From Anaerolineales bacterium (GTDB lineage Bacteria > Chloroflexota > Anaerolineae > Anaerolineales > UBA4823): a DNA stretch of 54,016 nucleotides. The notes below the pieces were generated by a model. It made no database searches. It was not told where the DNA came from and saw nothing but the letters and a program-made list of their open reading frames with translations. The position numbers and the translations under genes were made by a program. Shown here in pieces: positions 1-9,495 of the stretch; the stretch's first letter is position 1; each line of letters starts with the position of its first letter. Location of the stretch: positions 1 to 54,016 of the forward strand of contig DAOTVW010000136.1 in NCBI GenBank assembly GCA_034436035.1. Direction: 5' to 3'.

Positions 1-1478
1 GTTTTGGACTGTAATAATCTGGTCTCTACCTTAGTAAGTTGTTCTTGTAAATTGTTTTTTTGAACAATAAGTTCTTTTTCTATTTGCAGTACATCATTCA
101 ACTTATGTTGTTGAGTTTGAAATTGGCTTTTTAATTCCTGCAAATTTTTTTCTATGACGGTCTTGGATTGATTTTGATTTTTGATTTCGTTCTCTAAAAC
201 CTGAATAGTGTTTTGATGCTCGCTAATACTTCCTTCCAAGCGATGTATCCTTTGCTGTGTCTCATTAATTTTTGCTTCTAATTCTGCTTTTGTACGGATC
301 AATCTCTCCTGTTGATTGGATAAGTTATCAATTTCCTGTTTCCTTATCTCCCATTCTTTTTTCTTTTGGTCAAATTCCGCACGTGCTTTCTCTGCTTTCT
401 CCGATACATCCGCAAAATCTTGCTCCGCGGTTTTAATTTCCGCTTCAATTTCAATGAGTTCTTTATTGATATAATCCAGCTCTTCTTTTCTTTGTGTAAT
501 CTCTCCGCCCGTGATTAATTGCTGTTGTTCGAGATACCTTTTGCGTTCCTGAAGCACCGCTATTTGTTGTTCGCATTTTTGTTGTTGCTGCCCTAATTCT
601 GAAAGCTTTTGCTTTAATTCGTTACGCTCGTTCTGCAACACTTCTAACTGTTGTTTTATTTGAACATTCTCTTCTTCTTTTTTAGCTAAATTAATGCGCG
701 CAGTTTTCAATATTTTTTCTTGCTCACTGACCACATCCTTGGCAGTAATCAGTTCCAATTGTTCTTTATGCCAGTGAAACCCGTACCATTCCAGTAATAG
801 TACTTTTAAATCCTTTTTAATTTGCTCAACTTCCTCAAAACGTTTAACCTGCTTTTCGAGGCTTCGCAGACGTGGCTCGAGCTCTGATAAGATGTCTTGT
901 AATCGTTCAAGGTTTCGCCGGGTGGCATCCAATCTATGCAGCGCTTCTTCTCGCCGCCCACGATATAAACCAATCCCAGCTGCCTCTTCAAAAAGTTGAC
1001 GGCGTTCTTCCGCTTTCAAAGCTAAAGCAACATCAACCAATCCTTGTCCTATCACCGTATAGGTTCTCTCCGCAAGGCCTGCACTGGCGATCAATTCATT
1101 CACATCTTTCAAGCGTACTTTTTGCCCGTTAATCAGATATTCGTTTTGCCCATCGCGATATGCTCGCCGGGTGATTGCCACTTCACTAAAATCAATTGGC
1201 AGCCATTGATCGGTGTTATCGAAAACCATCGTAGCAGAAGCCATACTCGATCTGGGGCGGCTCTCTGATCCAGAGAAAATCATATCCTCCGTTTTTCTCC
1301 CGCGCAGGATGCTAAACGACTGTTCACCTAAAACCCAACGGATGGCATCGGTTATATTCGATTTACCAGATCCATTAGGTCCAACAATGGCTGTGATATT
1401 CTTGCTAAATTCAAATCTCGTGCGAGAGGCAAAAGTTTTATACCCTTGCAGTTCTAATGATTTAAGACGATGGGCCAT
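1..1478 (-). CDS. smc: chromosome segregation protein SMC, N-terminal part (3' end runs off the left edge)
   Basis: Absent from the ORF track because no stop lies in the window. My minus-strand translation from ATG 1478..1476 gives MAHRLKSLELQGYKTFASRTRFEFSKNITAIVGPNGSGKSNITDAIRWVLGEQS (SMC head, Walker A GPNGSGKS). A long E/K/Q/L-rich coiled coil follows down to position 1. Confidence 0.9.
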   Translation of the reverse strand, partial: MAHRLKSLELQGYKTFASRTRFEFSKNITAIVGPNGSGKSNITDAIRWVLGEQSFSILRGRKTEDMIFSGSESRPRSSMASATMVFDNTDQWLPIDFSEVAITRRAYRDGQNEYLINGQKVRLKDVNELIASAGLAERTYTVIGQGLVDVALALKAEERRQLFEEAAGIGLYRGRREEALHRLDATRRNLERLQDILSELEPRLRSLEKQVKRFEEVEQIKKDLKVLLLEWYGFHWHKEQLELITAKDVVSEQEKILKTARINLAKKEEENVQIKQQLEVLQNERNELKQKLSELGQQQQKCEQQIAVLQERKRYLEQQQLITGGEITQRKEELDYINKELIEIEAEIKTAEQDFADVSEKAEKARAEFDQKKKEWEIRKQEIDNLSNQQERLIRTKAELEAKINETQQRIHRLEGSISEHQNTIQVLENEIKNQNQSKTVIEKNLQELKSQFQTQQHKLNDVLQIEKELIVQKNNLQEQLTKVETRLLQSK

Positions 1479-1479
1479 A

Positions 1480-2145
1480 TTAAATATCCAAACCTAATGA
1501 TTTTAATGCGGCTTTTGCGGCACTCTTTGCTGCAATGCGCTTATTCGGTCCTTCGCCTCTCCCATAACAATGATCCCCAATATAAACTTCCACTTCAAAT
1601 GTTTTTGAGTGTTCTGGGCCTTTCACCGATGCCGTGCGATAATAAGGTGTACCAAATCCTTGGGATTGAGCCCATTCCTGTAAATCACTTTTCGGATCCC
1701 GTTCCTTACTACTTGCCAGAATTTCATAGGCAGCTTCTTTGATAAAGGGTTCTAAAAATTGGGATACCACCTCGATACCGCCATCCAGATAAATCGCGCC
1801 GATCAATGCTTCAAAAGTGGCACACAGTAGATTCGGCCTTTCTCTTCCGCCTGATTCGGCTTCTCCTTTACCAAGTAACATCAGTGAACCCAAATCCAAC
1901 TTTCGAGCAAACTCCGCGAGTTGTTCTGTCCTTACTAATGCTGAGCGTAGGCGGGTTAGATCGCCTTCTGCCATTTCTGGAAAATGATGATAAATCCATG
2001 ATGCAACAAAAAAATCAATCACAGCGTCACCTAAAAATTCCAGGCGTTCATTATCTTCTAAGGCATCCATATGCTCATTTAAATATGAGCGATGGGTTAA
2101 TGCACGTTTAAATAAATATTCATTTTGGATTGGCAGATCGACCAT
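1480..2145 (-). CDS. rnc: ribonuclease III
   Basis: Has the RNase III signature ERLEFLGDAV and a C-terminal dsRBD. The stop (1482..1480) lies 1 nt before the smc ATG. Confidence 0.93.
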   Translation of the reverse strand: MVDLPIQNEYLFKRALTHRSYLNEHMDALEDNERLEFLGDAVIDFFVASWIYHHFPEMAEGDLTRLRSALVRTEQLAEFARKLDLGSLMLLGKGEAESGGRERPNLLCATFEALIGAIYLDGGIEVVSQFLEPFIKEAAYEILASSKERDPKSDLQEWAQSQGFGTPYYRTASVKGPEHSKTFEVEVYIGDHCYGRGEGPNKRIAAKSAAKAALKSLGLDI

Positions 2146-3265
2146 ATACCTCCATAGTTTTTAGACCACTTCCGGTCAAGATTGCGACAATTGGCGGATT
2201 AAATTCATCGATATGCTGAATTAAAGCAGCCTCAACAACTGCCGAAGTTGGTTCCACTAATAACCCTTTGTGAGCTAAATGAACACCGGCATTGATAATT
2301 TCTTCCTCATCTACAGCAAATATTTTACCGTTACTCATTTGTATTGCTTGCAAAACCTCATCCCCTCTAACAGGATATTTAATCCGTATACCTTCTGCAA
2401 TGGTATTTCCTTCTGATACCCATTGCAACCCGCTGACACCATATTCAAAGGTTGCCCATAATGGCGCACAGGCGCGTGCCTGGACACCTATGAATGTTGG
2501 AATTCGATCAATGAAACCGTTTTCTAATAACGATTTGAATCCATAATAAACGCCTAACAAACATCCTCCCTGACCTAGAGGTGTCATAATCGTTCCCGGT
2601 GATTTACCCAATTGCTTGAATATTTCGAGAGCGATGGTTGCATAACCGTATAAATTAAATGGCATATGAGCATGACTTGCATAGGCGCTATAACCCGAAT
2701 TATCCTTTGATAAATCTCGAAGCAATACTTCGCTCACCTTCGAACGGGGTCCTTCTACGAGAATCATATTTGCCCCGTATTGTTTGATTTGTTCTTTTTT
2801 GACCCCAGATGCTTGCGCTGGTACATAAACGTTTGCTCTCATCCCTGCCCGCGCTGCATAAGCAGCAATAGAAGCGCCAGCATTCCCAGATGAGTCTTCA
2901 AAAATATTTTCTATTCCTCGCTCCTTTAAAAATGTGATTATTGCTGCTGATCCGCGATCCTTGAAAGATCCAGTTGGGTTGATAAACTCACATTTGTAAT
3001 GCACGTCCCAGGCTTGGTTTTTTACTTCGATTTGATCTTGGATCAGAGGTGTGTTTCCCTCACCGAGTGTGATCAAATGATCCTTGGCGTTTAAACAATC
3101 TGGATTTAGAGAAGACCATATTCCTTCTGATCGTCCCGCATTTTCAATGAAAAATTGTGGCATCAATTTTATTTGATAAATGCCACCACATTTCGTACAG
3201 CGGTAAGGTGCACCCGCTTCTGGATACGGATTTCCGCAATTACTACATTTAATGCTTATCTCCAT
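2120..3265 (-). CDS. thrC: threonine synthase-like PLP enzyme with N-terminal CxxC...CxxC zinc ribbon
   Basis: Carries the PLP-lysine motif NPTGSFKDRG, SSGNAG, and a fold-type II layout. N-terminal CSNCG...CTKCGG resembles archaeal-type ThrC. The exact reaction is not provable from sequence. Confidence 0.65.
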   Translation of the reverse strand: MEISIKCSNCGNPYPEAGAPYRCTKCGGIYQIKLMPQFFIENAGRSEGIWSSLNPDCLNAKDHLITLGEGNTPLIQDQIEVKNQAWDVHYKCEFINPTGSFKDRGSAAIITFLKERGIENIFEDSSGNAGASIAAYAARAGMRANVYVPAQASGVKKEQIKQYGANMILVEGPRSKVSEVLLRDLSKDNSGYSAYASHAHMPFNLYGYATIALEIFKQLGKSPGTIMTPLGQGGCLLGVYYGFKSLLENGFIDRIPTFIGVQARACAPLWATFEYGVSGLQWVSEGNTIAEGIRIKYPVRGDEVLQAIQMSNGKIFAVDEEEIINAGVHLAHKGLLVEPTSAVVEAALIQHIDEFNPPIVAILTGSGLKTMEVYGRSANPK

Positions 3266-3268
3266 TTT

Positions 3269-3979
3269 TTATTCACCCGCTTTGGGAATATAATTTCCCT
3301 CCACCCAATATTCCCCGTTTTCACCAACTTCTTTTTTCCAAATGGGAACGATCTGTTTTAACCTATCGATACCATAACGGGCCGCTTCAAAAATTCCGGC
3401 ATCCCGATGCGCGGCAGTACAAATGATTGCCACAGTTGGGGTTTTCGCTGGCAAGACTCCAATCCGCTGAATAATGGCGATACCCTCTACAAGAGGCCAT
3501 TTTTGGCGTATTTCATTGGCGATTTGAAGCATTTTTTCATTTGCCATTTCTGGGTATGCCTCATATTCCAAACGGGAAGTATGACGCACTTCTTTCAATT
3601 GTGTAATTTGACGAACAAACCCCAAAAACACACAAGCTGCACCGGTGGTTGGTAAAATCAACTCACTCATTATTTCTTCAAGCTCTAATTTATCTTGCGT
3701 TAATTTGATAATGGTTGATTTCCCCTCTGTCATATCGCCCCCACTGACAGGCGGAAAGATAGCAACTTGCGCTTCATCGGGGATAATATCATCATCAAAA
3801 GCAAATTCTTTATTGACTGAGATTAAAGTAGATTGTTGTTGAAAACCTGCCTCTGGATATTTTTCTATTAACAATTTTTTTAATTCTTTTACCTTGACCG
3901 CTTTTTCTAATTCTATTTCTTCTTGTGCTTTTCCGATCCGTTGTTTGTAAGTAGCAAAATATAACAAATTAATTTTCAC
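3269..3979 (-). CDS. molybdopterin synthase MoaD-MoaE fusion protein
   Basis: GTG start preceded by GGAGGAAGT. Residues 1-81 are a MoaD/ThiS beta-grasp ending in ...FPPVSGG (GG at 3742..3737). They run in frame into a MoaE-like domain (ACVFLGFVR..., IVPIWKKE). Confidence 0.85.
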   Translation of the reverse strand: MKINLLYFATYKQRIGKAQEEIELEKAVKVKELKKLLIEKYPEAGFQQQSTLISVNKEFAFDDDIIPDEAQVAIFPPVSGGDMTEGKSTIIKLTQDKLELEEIMSELILPTTGAACVFLGFVRQITQLKEVRHTSRLEYEAYPEMANEKMLQIANEIRQKWPLVEGIAIIQRIGVLPAKTPTVAIICTAAHRDAGIFEAARYGIDRLKQIVPIWKKEVGENGEYWVEGNYIPKAGE

Positions 3980-3991
3980 ACTTCCTCCAGA

Positions 3992-4471
3992 TTACTCATT
4001 GACGATATCACCGCTTTTACCACCATGTTTCTCAACAAGGCGGATATTTTGAATCCGCATTGTTTTCTCTAATGCCTTTGCCATATCATACACTGTCAAT
4101 GCCGCAACACTAACCGCGGTTAAAGCTTCCATTTCAACCCCCGTTTTTCCATGACTTTTAACTTCTGCTCGAATCTGTACCCCAGGTAAATTCGGATCAA
4201 ATTCCAAATCTACACGAATTGCATCCAACATTAATGGATGGCACAATGGAATCAAATGGGATGTATTCTTTGCTGCCATAATGCCAGCAATCCTTGCCAC
4301 TCCCAAAACATCCCCTTTCGGAGCATTGCCTTCTTGAATAGCTTGCAAAGTTTTGCTTTGCATCACAATTTCTCCTTTGGCAATGGCTATCCGTTCCGTT
4401 TCTGATTTATTGGCAACATCCACCATCCGTGCGCTGCCGCTTGAGTCTAAATGAGTAATTTTTTCAGTCAT
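3992..4471 (-). CDS. moaC: cyclic pyranopterin monophosphate synthase MoaC
   Basis: Typical MoaC sequence ([31 protein letters not shown]). Confidence 0.93.
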   Translation of the reverse strand: MTEKITHLDSSGSARMVDVANKSETERIAIAKGEIVMQSKTLQAIQEGNAPKGDVLGVARIAGIMAAKNTSHLIPLCHPLMLDAIRVDLEFDPNLPGVQIRAEVKSHGKTGVEMEALTAVSVAALTVYDMAKALEKTMRIQNIRLVEKHGGKSGDIVNE

Positions 4472-4477
4472 AGCAAA

Positions 4478-4486
4478 ATTATAGCA
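4478..4486 (-). promoter_or_regulatory. extended -10 element (TGCTATAAT) for moaC, 6 nt from the ATG
   Basis: The minus strand reads tgcTATAATtttgctATG. No Shine-Dalgarno is present. Confidence 0.45.
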
Positions 4487-4508
4487 TCAATAAACACCTT
4501 TATAGACA

Positions 4509-4517
4509 TGTTATAAT
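4509..4517 (+). promoter_or_regulatory. extended -10 element (TGTTATAAT) for ftsY, 8 nt from the ATG
   Basis: The plus strand reads tgtTATAATcccaatctATG. No Shine-Dalgarno is present. Confidence 0.45.
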
Positions 4518-4525
4518 CCCAATCT

Positions 4526-5443
4526 ATGGCAAATATATTTACAAAATGGAAAAACGGTTTATCGAAAACAAGTAAAACAACCTTTCATCAAATCAGTGCT
4601 TTGTTTGGCGGGGGTGACATTGATGAGAGCACATTTGATGACCTGGAAGCGTTACTCCTCCAGGCTGATGTTGGAGTCAGCACAACACAAACGATTATTG
4701 ATTCTCTAAAAGAAATCCAAATTCAAAAAAACATCATTAAAAGCAGCGATTTGGAAAATGAACTTCGAACGGAATTGTTGAAACGCCTTTCTTCGCCCCC
4801 TCCAATCTCCATCGACAACCATCCTACCATCATTTTAATTGTCGGCGTTAACGGCTCCGGGAAAACAACCACTATTGCGAAGCTTGCTTATTATTTTCAA
4901 CGGCAAAATTACAAAATCATCCTTGGAGCAGCCGATACCTACCGTGCCGCTGCTGTAGACCAGCTCGAAACATGGGCTGACCGATTACATCTTCCGATAA
5001 TTGTCGGTCAGCCTAACGGTGATTCCGGGGCAGTCGCATACGATACCATTCAAGCCGCAATAGCCCGTAATATGGATATTGGGATAATAGATACTGCTGG
5101 AAGATTGCACACACGTTTTAACTTGATGGAAGAACTTAAAAAGGTCTATAGGGTGATTGGCAAAGCATTACCCAACGCGCCTCATTACACATGGTTGGTC
5201 TTAGATGCTACAACCGGGCAAAACGCGCTCAATCAGGCAAAAGCATTTAAAAACGCAGTGAATATAAACGGCGTTATTTTAGCGAAACTTGATTCATCCG
5301 CGAAGGGTGGGATGGTCTTTTCTATTCAAAATGAACTTGGGGCTCCAATTTATTTCGCCGGCTTAGGTGAAGCCATTGATGATCTAGAACCTTTCGATCC
5401 GCAATTGTTTGTTGATGGCTTATTAGAAAAGACATCCGCATAA
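4526..5443 (+). CDS. ftsY: signal recognition particle receptor FtsY (short form, NG domain only)
   Basis: Has GVNGSGKTTT, DTAGR and AKLD GTPase motifs. Confidence 0.93.
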   Translation: MANIFTKWKNGLSKTSKTTFHQISALFGGGDIDESTFDDLEALLLQADVGVSTTQTIIDSLKEIQIQKNIIKSSDLENELRTELLKRLSSPPPISIDNHPTIILIVGVNGSGKTTTIAKLAYYFQRQNYKIILGAADTYRAAAVDQLETWADRLHLPIIVGQPNGDSGAVAYDTIQAAIARNMDIGIIDTAGRLHTRFNLMEELKKVYRVIGKALPNAPHYTWLVLDATTGQNALNQAKAFKNAVNINGVILAKLDSSAKGGMVFSIQNELGAPIYFAGLGEAIDDLEPFDPQLFVDGLLEKTSA

Positions 5444-5460
5444 ACATAATGGGAGAAGTT

Positions 5461-6547
5461 ATGGAAGATATATTGGAAAGATTGAAAGAACTCGAAGAAC
5501 GAATCAACCATCTCCTGGTGCGTCTTTGACATAGCCGAAAAAGAAAAACAAATTCAGGAATTACAAAAACAATCTGAGGCCGAAGATTTTTGGCAACAAC
5601 CCGAAATTGCCCAAAGCATCATGCAAAAACTGGCAAACCTCAGGGAACAAATTGAACCATTTCTGGAAATAAAACAAAAAATTGCGGATGCTTCTGAGTT
5701 AGCCAGTATAGGAGATGAGAGTTTACGCCCAGAACTCGAAGCAGAGATAGAGCAAATTGAAAAAGATCTCAAACAGCGTGAATTCTACGCTATGTTTTCG
5801 GGAAAATATGATTTCGGAAATGCTTTACTGGCTATTCATGCCGGCGCAGGTGGCACCGATTCTCAGGATTGGGCTGAGATGCTTGAAAGAATGTACCTCC
5901 GCTGGGCAGAAGCGAATGGGTATGAGACTGAAATACTCGATCGCAGCGAAGGCGAGGAAGCCGGTATTAAAAGCGTGACTATTGCGGTAAACGGAAAATA
6001 TGCTTATGGTAAGCTTCGCTCAGAGAAAGGAGTGCATCGTTTGGTCCGCTTGTCACCCTTTGATGCAGCCCACCGCCGGCACACTTCTTTTGCCCTTGTT
6101 GAGGTCTTACCACAGGTTGAAGATGATACGGAAATAGAAATAAATCCGAACGATTTACGCATCGATACATATCGTTCCGCCGGGGCAGGTGGACAAAATG
6201 TTCAGAAAAATGACACCGCTGTTCGGATAACCCATATACCAACTGGCATCGTTGTAACCTGTCAAAATGAGCGCTCCCAAATTCAAAATCGTGAAAATGC
6301 TATGCGAGTCTTGCGTGCTCGTTTATTGGAAATAAAACAACGTGAGCAAGAAGAACAACTCGCACAGTTGCGTGGTGAGTTTCAAAAAGTTGAATGGGGA
6401 TCACAAATCCGCTCTTATGTTTTGCATCCCTATCAAATGGTGAAAGACCACCGCACTGGCTACGAAACTGGCAATACAACAGCAGTTTTAAATGGCGATA
6501 TCGATGGGTTTATCGAAGCTTACCTGCATCAACAAATTGGGGATTAG
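5461..6547 (+). CDS. prfB: peptide chain release factor 2, requires programmed +1 frameshift: join(5461..5526,5528..6547)
   Basis: Frame 0 reads MEDILERLKELEERINHLLVRL and ends at CTT TGA C. The +1 frame continues DIAEKEKQIQ... into the 308-aa ORF, which carries SPF and GGQ motifs. Confidence 0.93.
5518..5530 (+). other. RF2 autoregulatory +1 frameshift site (GTG CGT CTT TGA C)
   Basis: CTT at 5524..5526 and in-frame TGA at 5527..5529 followed by C. A weak SD-like GGTG sits just upstream. Confidence 0.88.
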
Positions 6548-8954
6548 GAAGCTCGCGCTTACGAGCTTCCTCCTCCTGTTTTTCGGTTTATTTCTAAGCG
6601 GCTGTGCCTCTTTATATGATCCCGAATCGTCCCAAGAGTTACATACAGATGCTTTGATCCTATTAGCCAATAATCAAACTGCAAGCCAAACCATCTTCTT
6701 ACCGCAAGCCTCATTAAGCGCATTTCATTTTTGGGCATCTTCATCAGTATCATCTTCACAAAATGGAAAAATCCATTTCTCTCTCTATGCACAAAAAGAT
6801 AAAACCATTTTGCTCTATTCTACAGATGTACCTTATCCGTTACATCAATTTGTAGACGTACCCATTCCAAAGGATATATATATACCTGCTGGCTTATATA
6901 AGGTTGTAATACAGTCAGATTCCTCTCCGATTTGGCTATTTGGAAGCAAGCTGGATAGCTATCCTCAAGGGACACTCTTTCTCGATAATGCTGATACAGG
7001 GTTTGATCTTGGGTTCTCTGTGAATTATCGTTATACCTTCTCCACTTTCCTGTATGATTTCAAAGCATTTATTATAAATATTAATTTAATCATTCCATTC
7101 TTTATTTTCCTAATTCTGCCTGGATTTTTATTAATCAAATTTTTGAAAGTAGAAAAAGATGTAGATTTATCGTTACAACTATTTTTAATCATTGCAACAA
7201 GCTTGAGCATTTATCCAATCATTTTAGCATGGACGACTTGGATCGATCTCAAGTGGAACCCTATTTCTGTCCGAATATTTTTCTACAGCTTGTTGGTAAT
7301 TTCTACTATTATATCTATACGCAATATACCACGCTTCTTTCGCATTATAAAATTCGAAGACCTCTTTCTTTTTTTTATATTCCTGATATCTCTTTTCGTT
7401 CGGTTGATCATGAGCCGTAACTTAGTTGCCCCAGCTTGGGTGGATTCTATTCATCATTCCTTAATTACCAGTATTATTCTCGATCAAGGCACCTTCCCGA
7501 ACACGTATGAACCATTCGTACATATAAGTACCGCTTCGTATCATTCCGGTTTTCATGCAATGTTGGCTTTTTTTACCTGGCTAAGTGGTTTAAGCCTTCC
7601 CCAATCCATGCTATTATTTGGACAGGTTTTAAATGCATTATGTGTTTATAGTGTGTATTCATTTACAAGATCATTATTTTCAAACCGTTGGATGGCAATA
7701 GTTTCCGCAATGATCGTGGGTTTGATCACCCCCATGCCAGCATATTATACAAGCTGGGGACGATATACGCAACTTGCTGGTTTGGTCATTATGCCGGCGA
7801 TCATACAAATCTATGCGCATCTTCTTACTTCACAAAGGGTTGGTTCAAATCATGATCGGCTTCGAGAAATTGCCCTATTTGCAATTCTTTCCAGTGCTTT
7901 GATCATTACTCATTATCGGGTCAGCCTCTTTCTAGCGTTTTTCTTATTGCTGGTTACCATTCCAACGATCTGGGTTCATTTCCGAAATAAAGATTTTATC
8001 CAACTTCAATCCATTAGTGTCTCGATTATTTTATTAATATTATTTACTTTCGCATTTAGCCTTCCCTGGTTACCCAAAGCGTGGCTCAGCCTTATCTATC
8101 CTGAAATGAATGCCTGGCGCGGAAATGGTCAAGCATTAGAAACAATACCAATTGGATTGCTCACAGCAGGCTTAGGGAAACTGAGTTTGATCCTTGCTGG
8201 TCTAGGAATCCTCTGGGGATTATGGCATAGGAATCAAGGTGTATTGATCCTTTTAGCGTGGGTGGGATTATGTTTCGCGAGCGTTTATCTTCCCTATCTT
8301 GGATTACCAGGTTTGGGTTTGATCAATGCAACATCTGTGACGATTAGCTTGTTTTTCCCCATTGCAGCACTTGGCGGTTTTTTTATTACAGATATCCTAT
8401 TGCGTGGAAATGTTTTCTTCCCAATACCATCTCCTGGTATCCGTTATATTCTTGTTTTCCTAGCATTCATCATCCTTTCTGGAATTGCGATTCCAAAAAT
8501 GCTGCCTATATTAAATCCGATCACGATGTTAGTGCGCGGAGATGATTTGGAAAGTATGAGTTGGATTAAAGCAAATATCCCACAAAACGAGAAAATACTC
8601 ATCCACCCTTTTTTATGGGGTTATGGGTTGTATTCTGGTAGTGACGGAGGCACCTGGATTCCCGCACTGGCAAAAAGGGTGACGATTCCTCCGCCAGTCT
8701 TGTTTGCCCTAACCGCAAGTCCCAACGAAATTAAAACGATAAATACGATTGCCCAGCGTACATTAGATTATCGAAATAACCCTGAAGAGCTGGCTAATTG
8801 GATGAATATCAATAGTCTTCAATATCTTTATCTGGGAGGCCGCGGTGGGGATATTTCCCCTTTTGTTTTATCTCAGTCCAAATATTTCACCCTCATCTTC
8901 CACCACAATTCGGTATTTATTTTTCAGGTGCTTCCCCAAGAAATCCATCCGTAA
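6537..8954 (+). CDS. large polytopic membrane protein with lipoprotein-type signal (possible GT-C-fold glycosyltransferase-like)
   Basis: The ORF opens at ATG 6492, inside prfB. TTG at 6537 gives (M)GIRKLALTSFLLLFFGLFLSGC, i.e. a lipobox. An extracytoplasmic domain of about 170 aa follows, then more than 12 hydrophobic spans and a soluble C-terminal domain. Function is unknown. Confidence 0.55.
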   Translation: MGIRKLALTSFLLLFFGLFLSGCASLYDPESSQELHTDALILLANNQTASQTIFLPQASLSAFHFWASSSVSSSQNGKIHFSLYAQKDKTILLYSTDVPYPLHQFVDVPIPKDIYIPAGLYKVVIQSDSSPIWLFGSKLDSYPQGTLFLDNADTGFDLGFSVNYRYTFSTFLYDFKAFIININLIIPFFIFLILPGFLLIKFLKVEKDVDLSLQLFLIIATSLSIYPIILAWTTWIDLKWNPISVRIFFYSLLVISTIISIRNIPRFFRIIKFEDLFLFFIFLISLFVRLIMSRNLVAPAWVDSIHHSLITSIILDQGTFPNTYEPFVHISTASYHSGFHAMLAFFTWLSGLSLPQSMLLFGQVLNALCVYSVYSFTRSLFSNRWMAIVSAMIVGLITPMPAYYTSWGRYTQLAGLVIMPAIIQIYAHLLTSQRVGSNHDRLREIALFAILSSALIITHYRVSLFLAFFLLLVTIPTIWVHFRNKDFIQLQSISVSIILLILFTFAFSLPWLPKAWLSLIYPEMNAWRGNGQALETIPIGLLTAGLGKLSLILAGLGILWGLWHRNQGVLILLAWVGLCFASVYLPYLGLPGLGLINATSVTISLFFPIAALGGFFITDILLRGNVFFPIPSPGIRYILVFLAFIILSGIAIPKMLPILNPITMLVRGDDLESMSWIKANIPQNEKILIHPFLWGYGLYSGSDGGTWIPALAKRVTIPPPVLFALTASPNEIKTINTIAQRTLDYRNNPEELANWMNINSLQYLYLGGRGGDISPFVLSQSKYFTLIFHHNSVFIFQVLPQEIHP

Positions 8955-9339
8955 CCTCACGGCAACAGCGCACAAAATCAAGCACGGTTGGTATACTGCG
9001 CATTAATACAGCCATATTCCCTTGAACTTTTAGCTTACGGGTTAACATGGCTTGCATCGGATCAATATTACCCTTTAACAAAGTAACATAATTGGGATAT
9101 GGTGCGCTCAACACAAAACTTGCTTTTACTTCTTGTGGATCTTTGATTTCCTTTATTGCGCGGCATTTTCCATGCCAGAGATCAATATATGCATGAATGG
9201 GTTGTTTTATTGCACCGCCTGGTTCGATTGTAAACAGAAAATCCCCTTCCCATTTTTGGGCAATTCGATTGTATTGTTCGTCTTGATTTAATTTGTTGCA
9301 TAATTCTTCAAACCAAGAAAATTCAGGAAATGTCGCCAT
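8917..9339 (-). CDS. SCP2 sterol-binding domain protein
   Basis: C-terminal MLTRKLKVQGNMAVLMR is typical of SCP2. The 3' end overlaps the convergent membrane-protein gene by 38 nt. Confidence 0.7.
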   Translation of the reverse strand: MATFPEFSWFEELCNKLNQDEQYNRIAQKWEGDFLFTIEPGGAIKQPIHAYIDLWHGKCRAIKEIKDPQEVKASFVLSAPYPNYVTLLKGNIDPMQAMLTRKLKVQGNMAVLMRSIPTVLDFVRCCREVTDGFLGEAPEK

Positions 9340-9495
9340 TTGTGCCTCTCTTTTTAAAAATTAATCGAAAATTCGTTTACAAATACTCTTGCATTTTTTG
9401 GCATTTTGGTCTATTCTTGCATATAAATCGCCAAAGGATAGTTTACCCCATAATCGCTGAATGGCGAAGAAATTTTTATATACGAGGAGAGAAAG

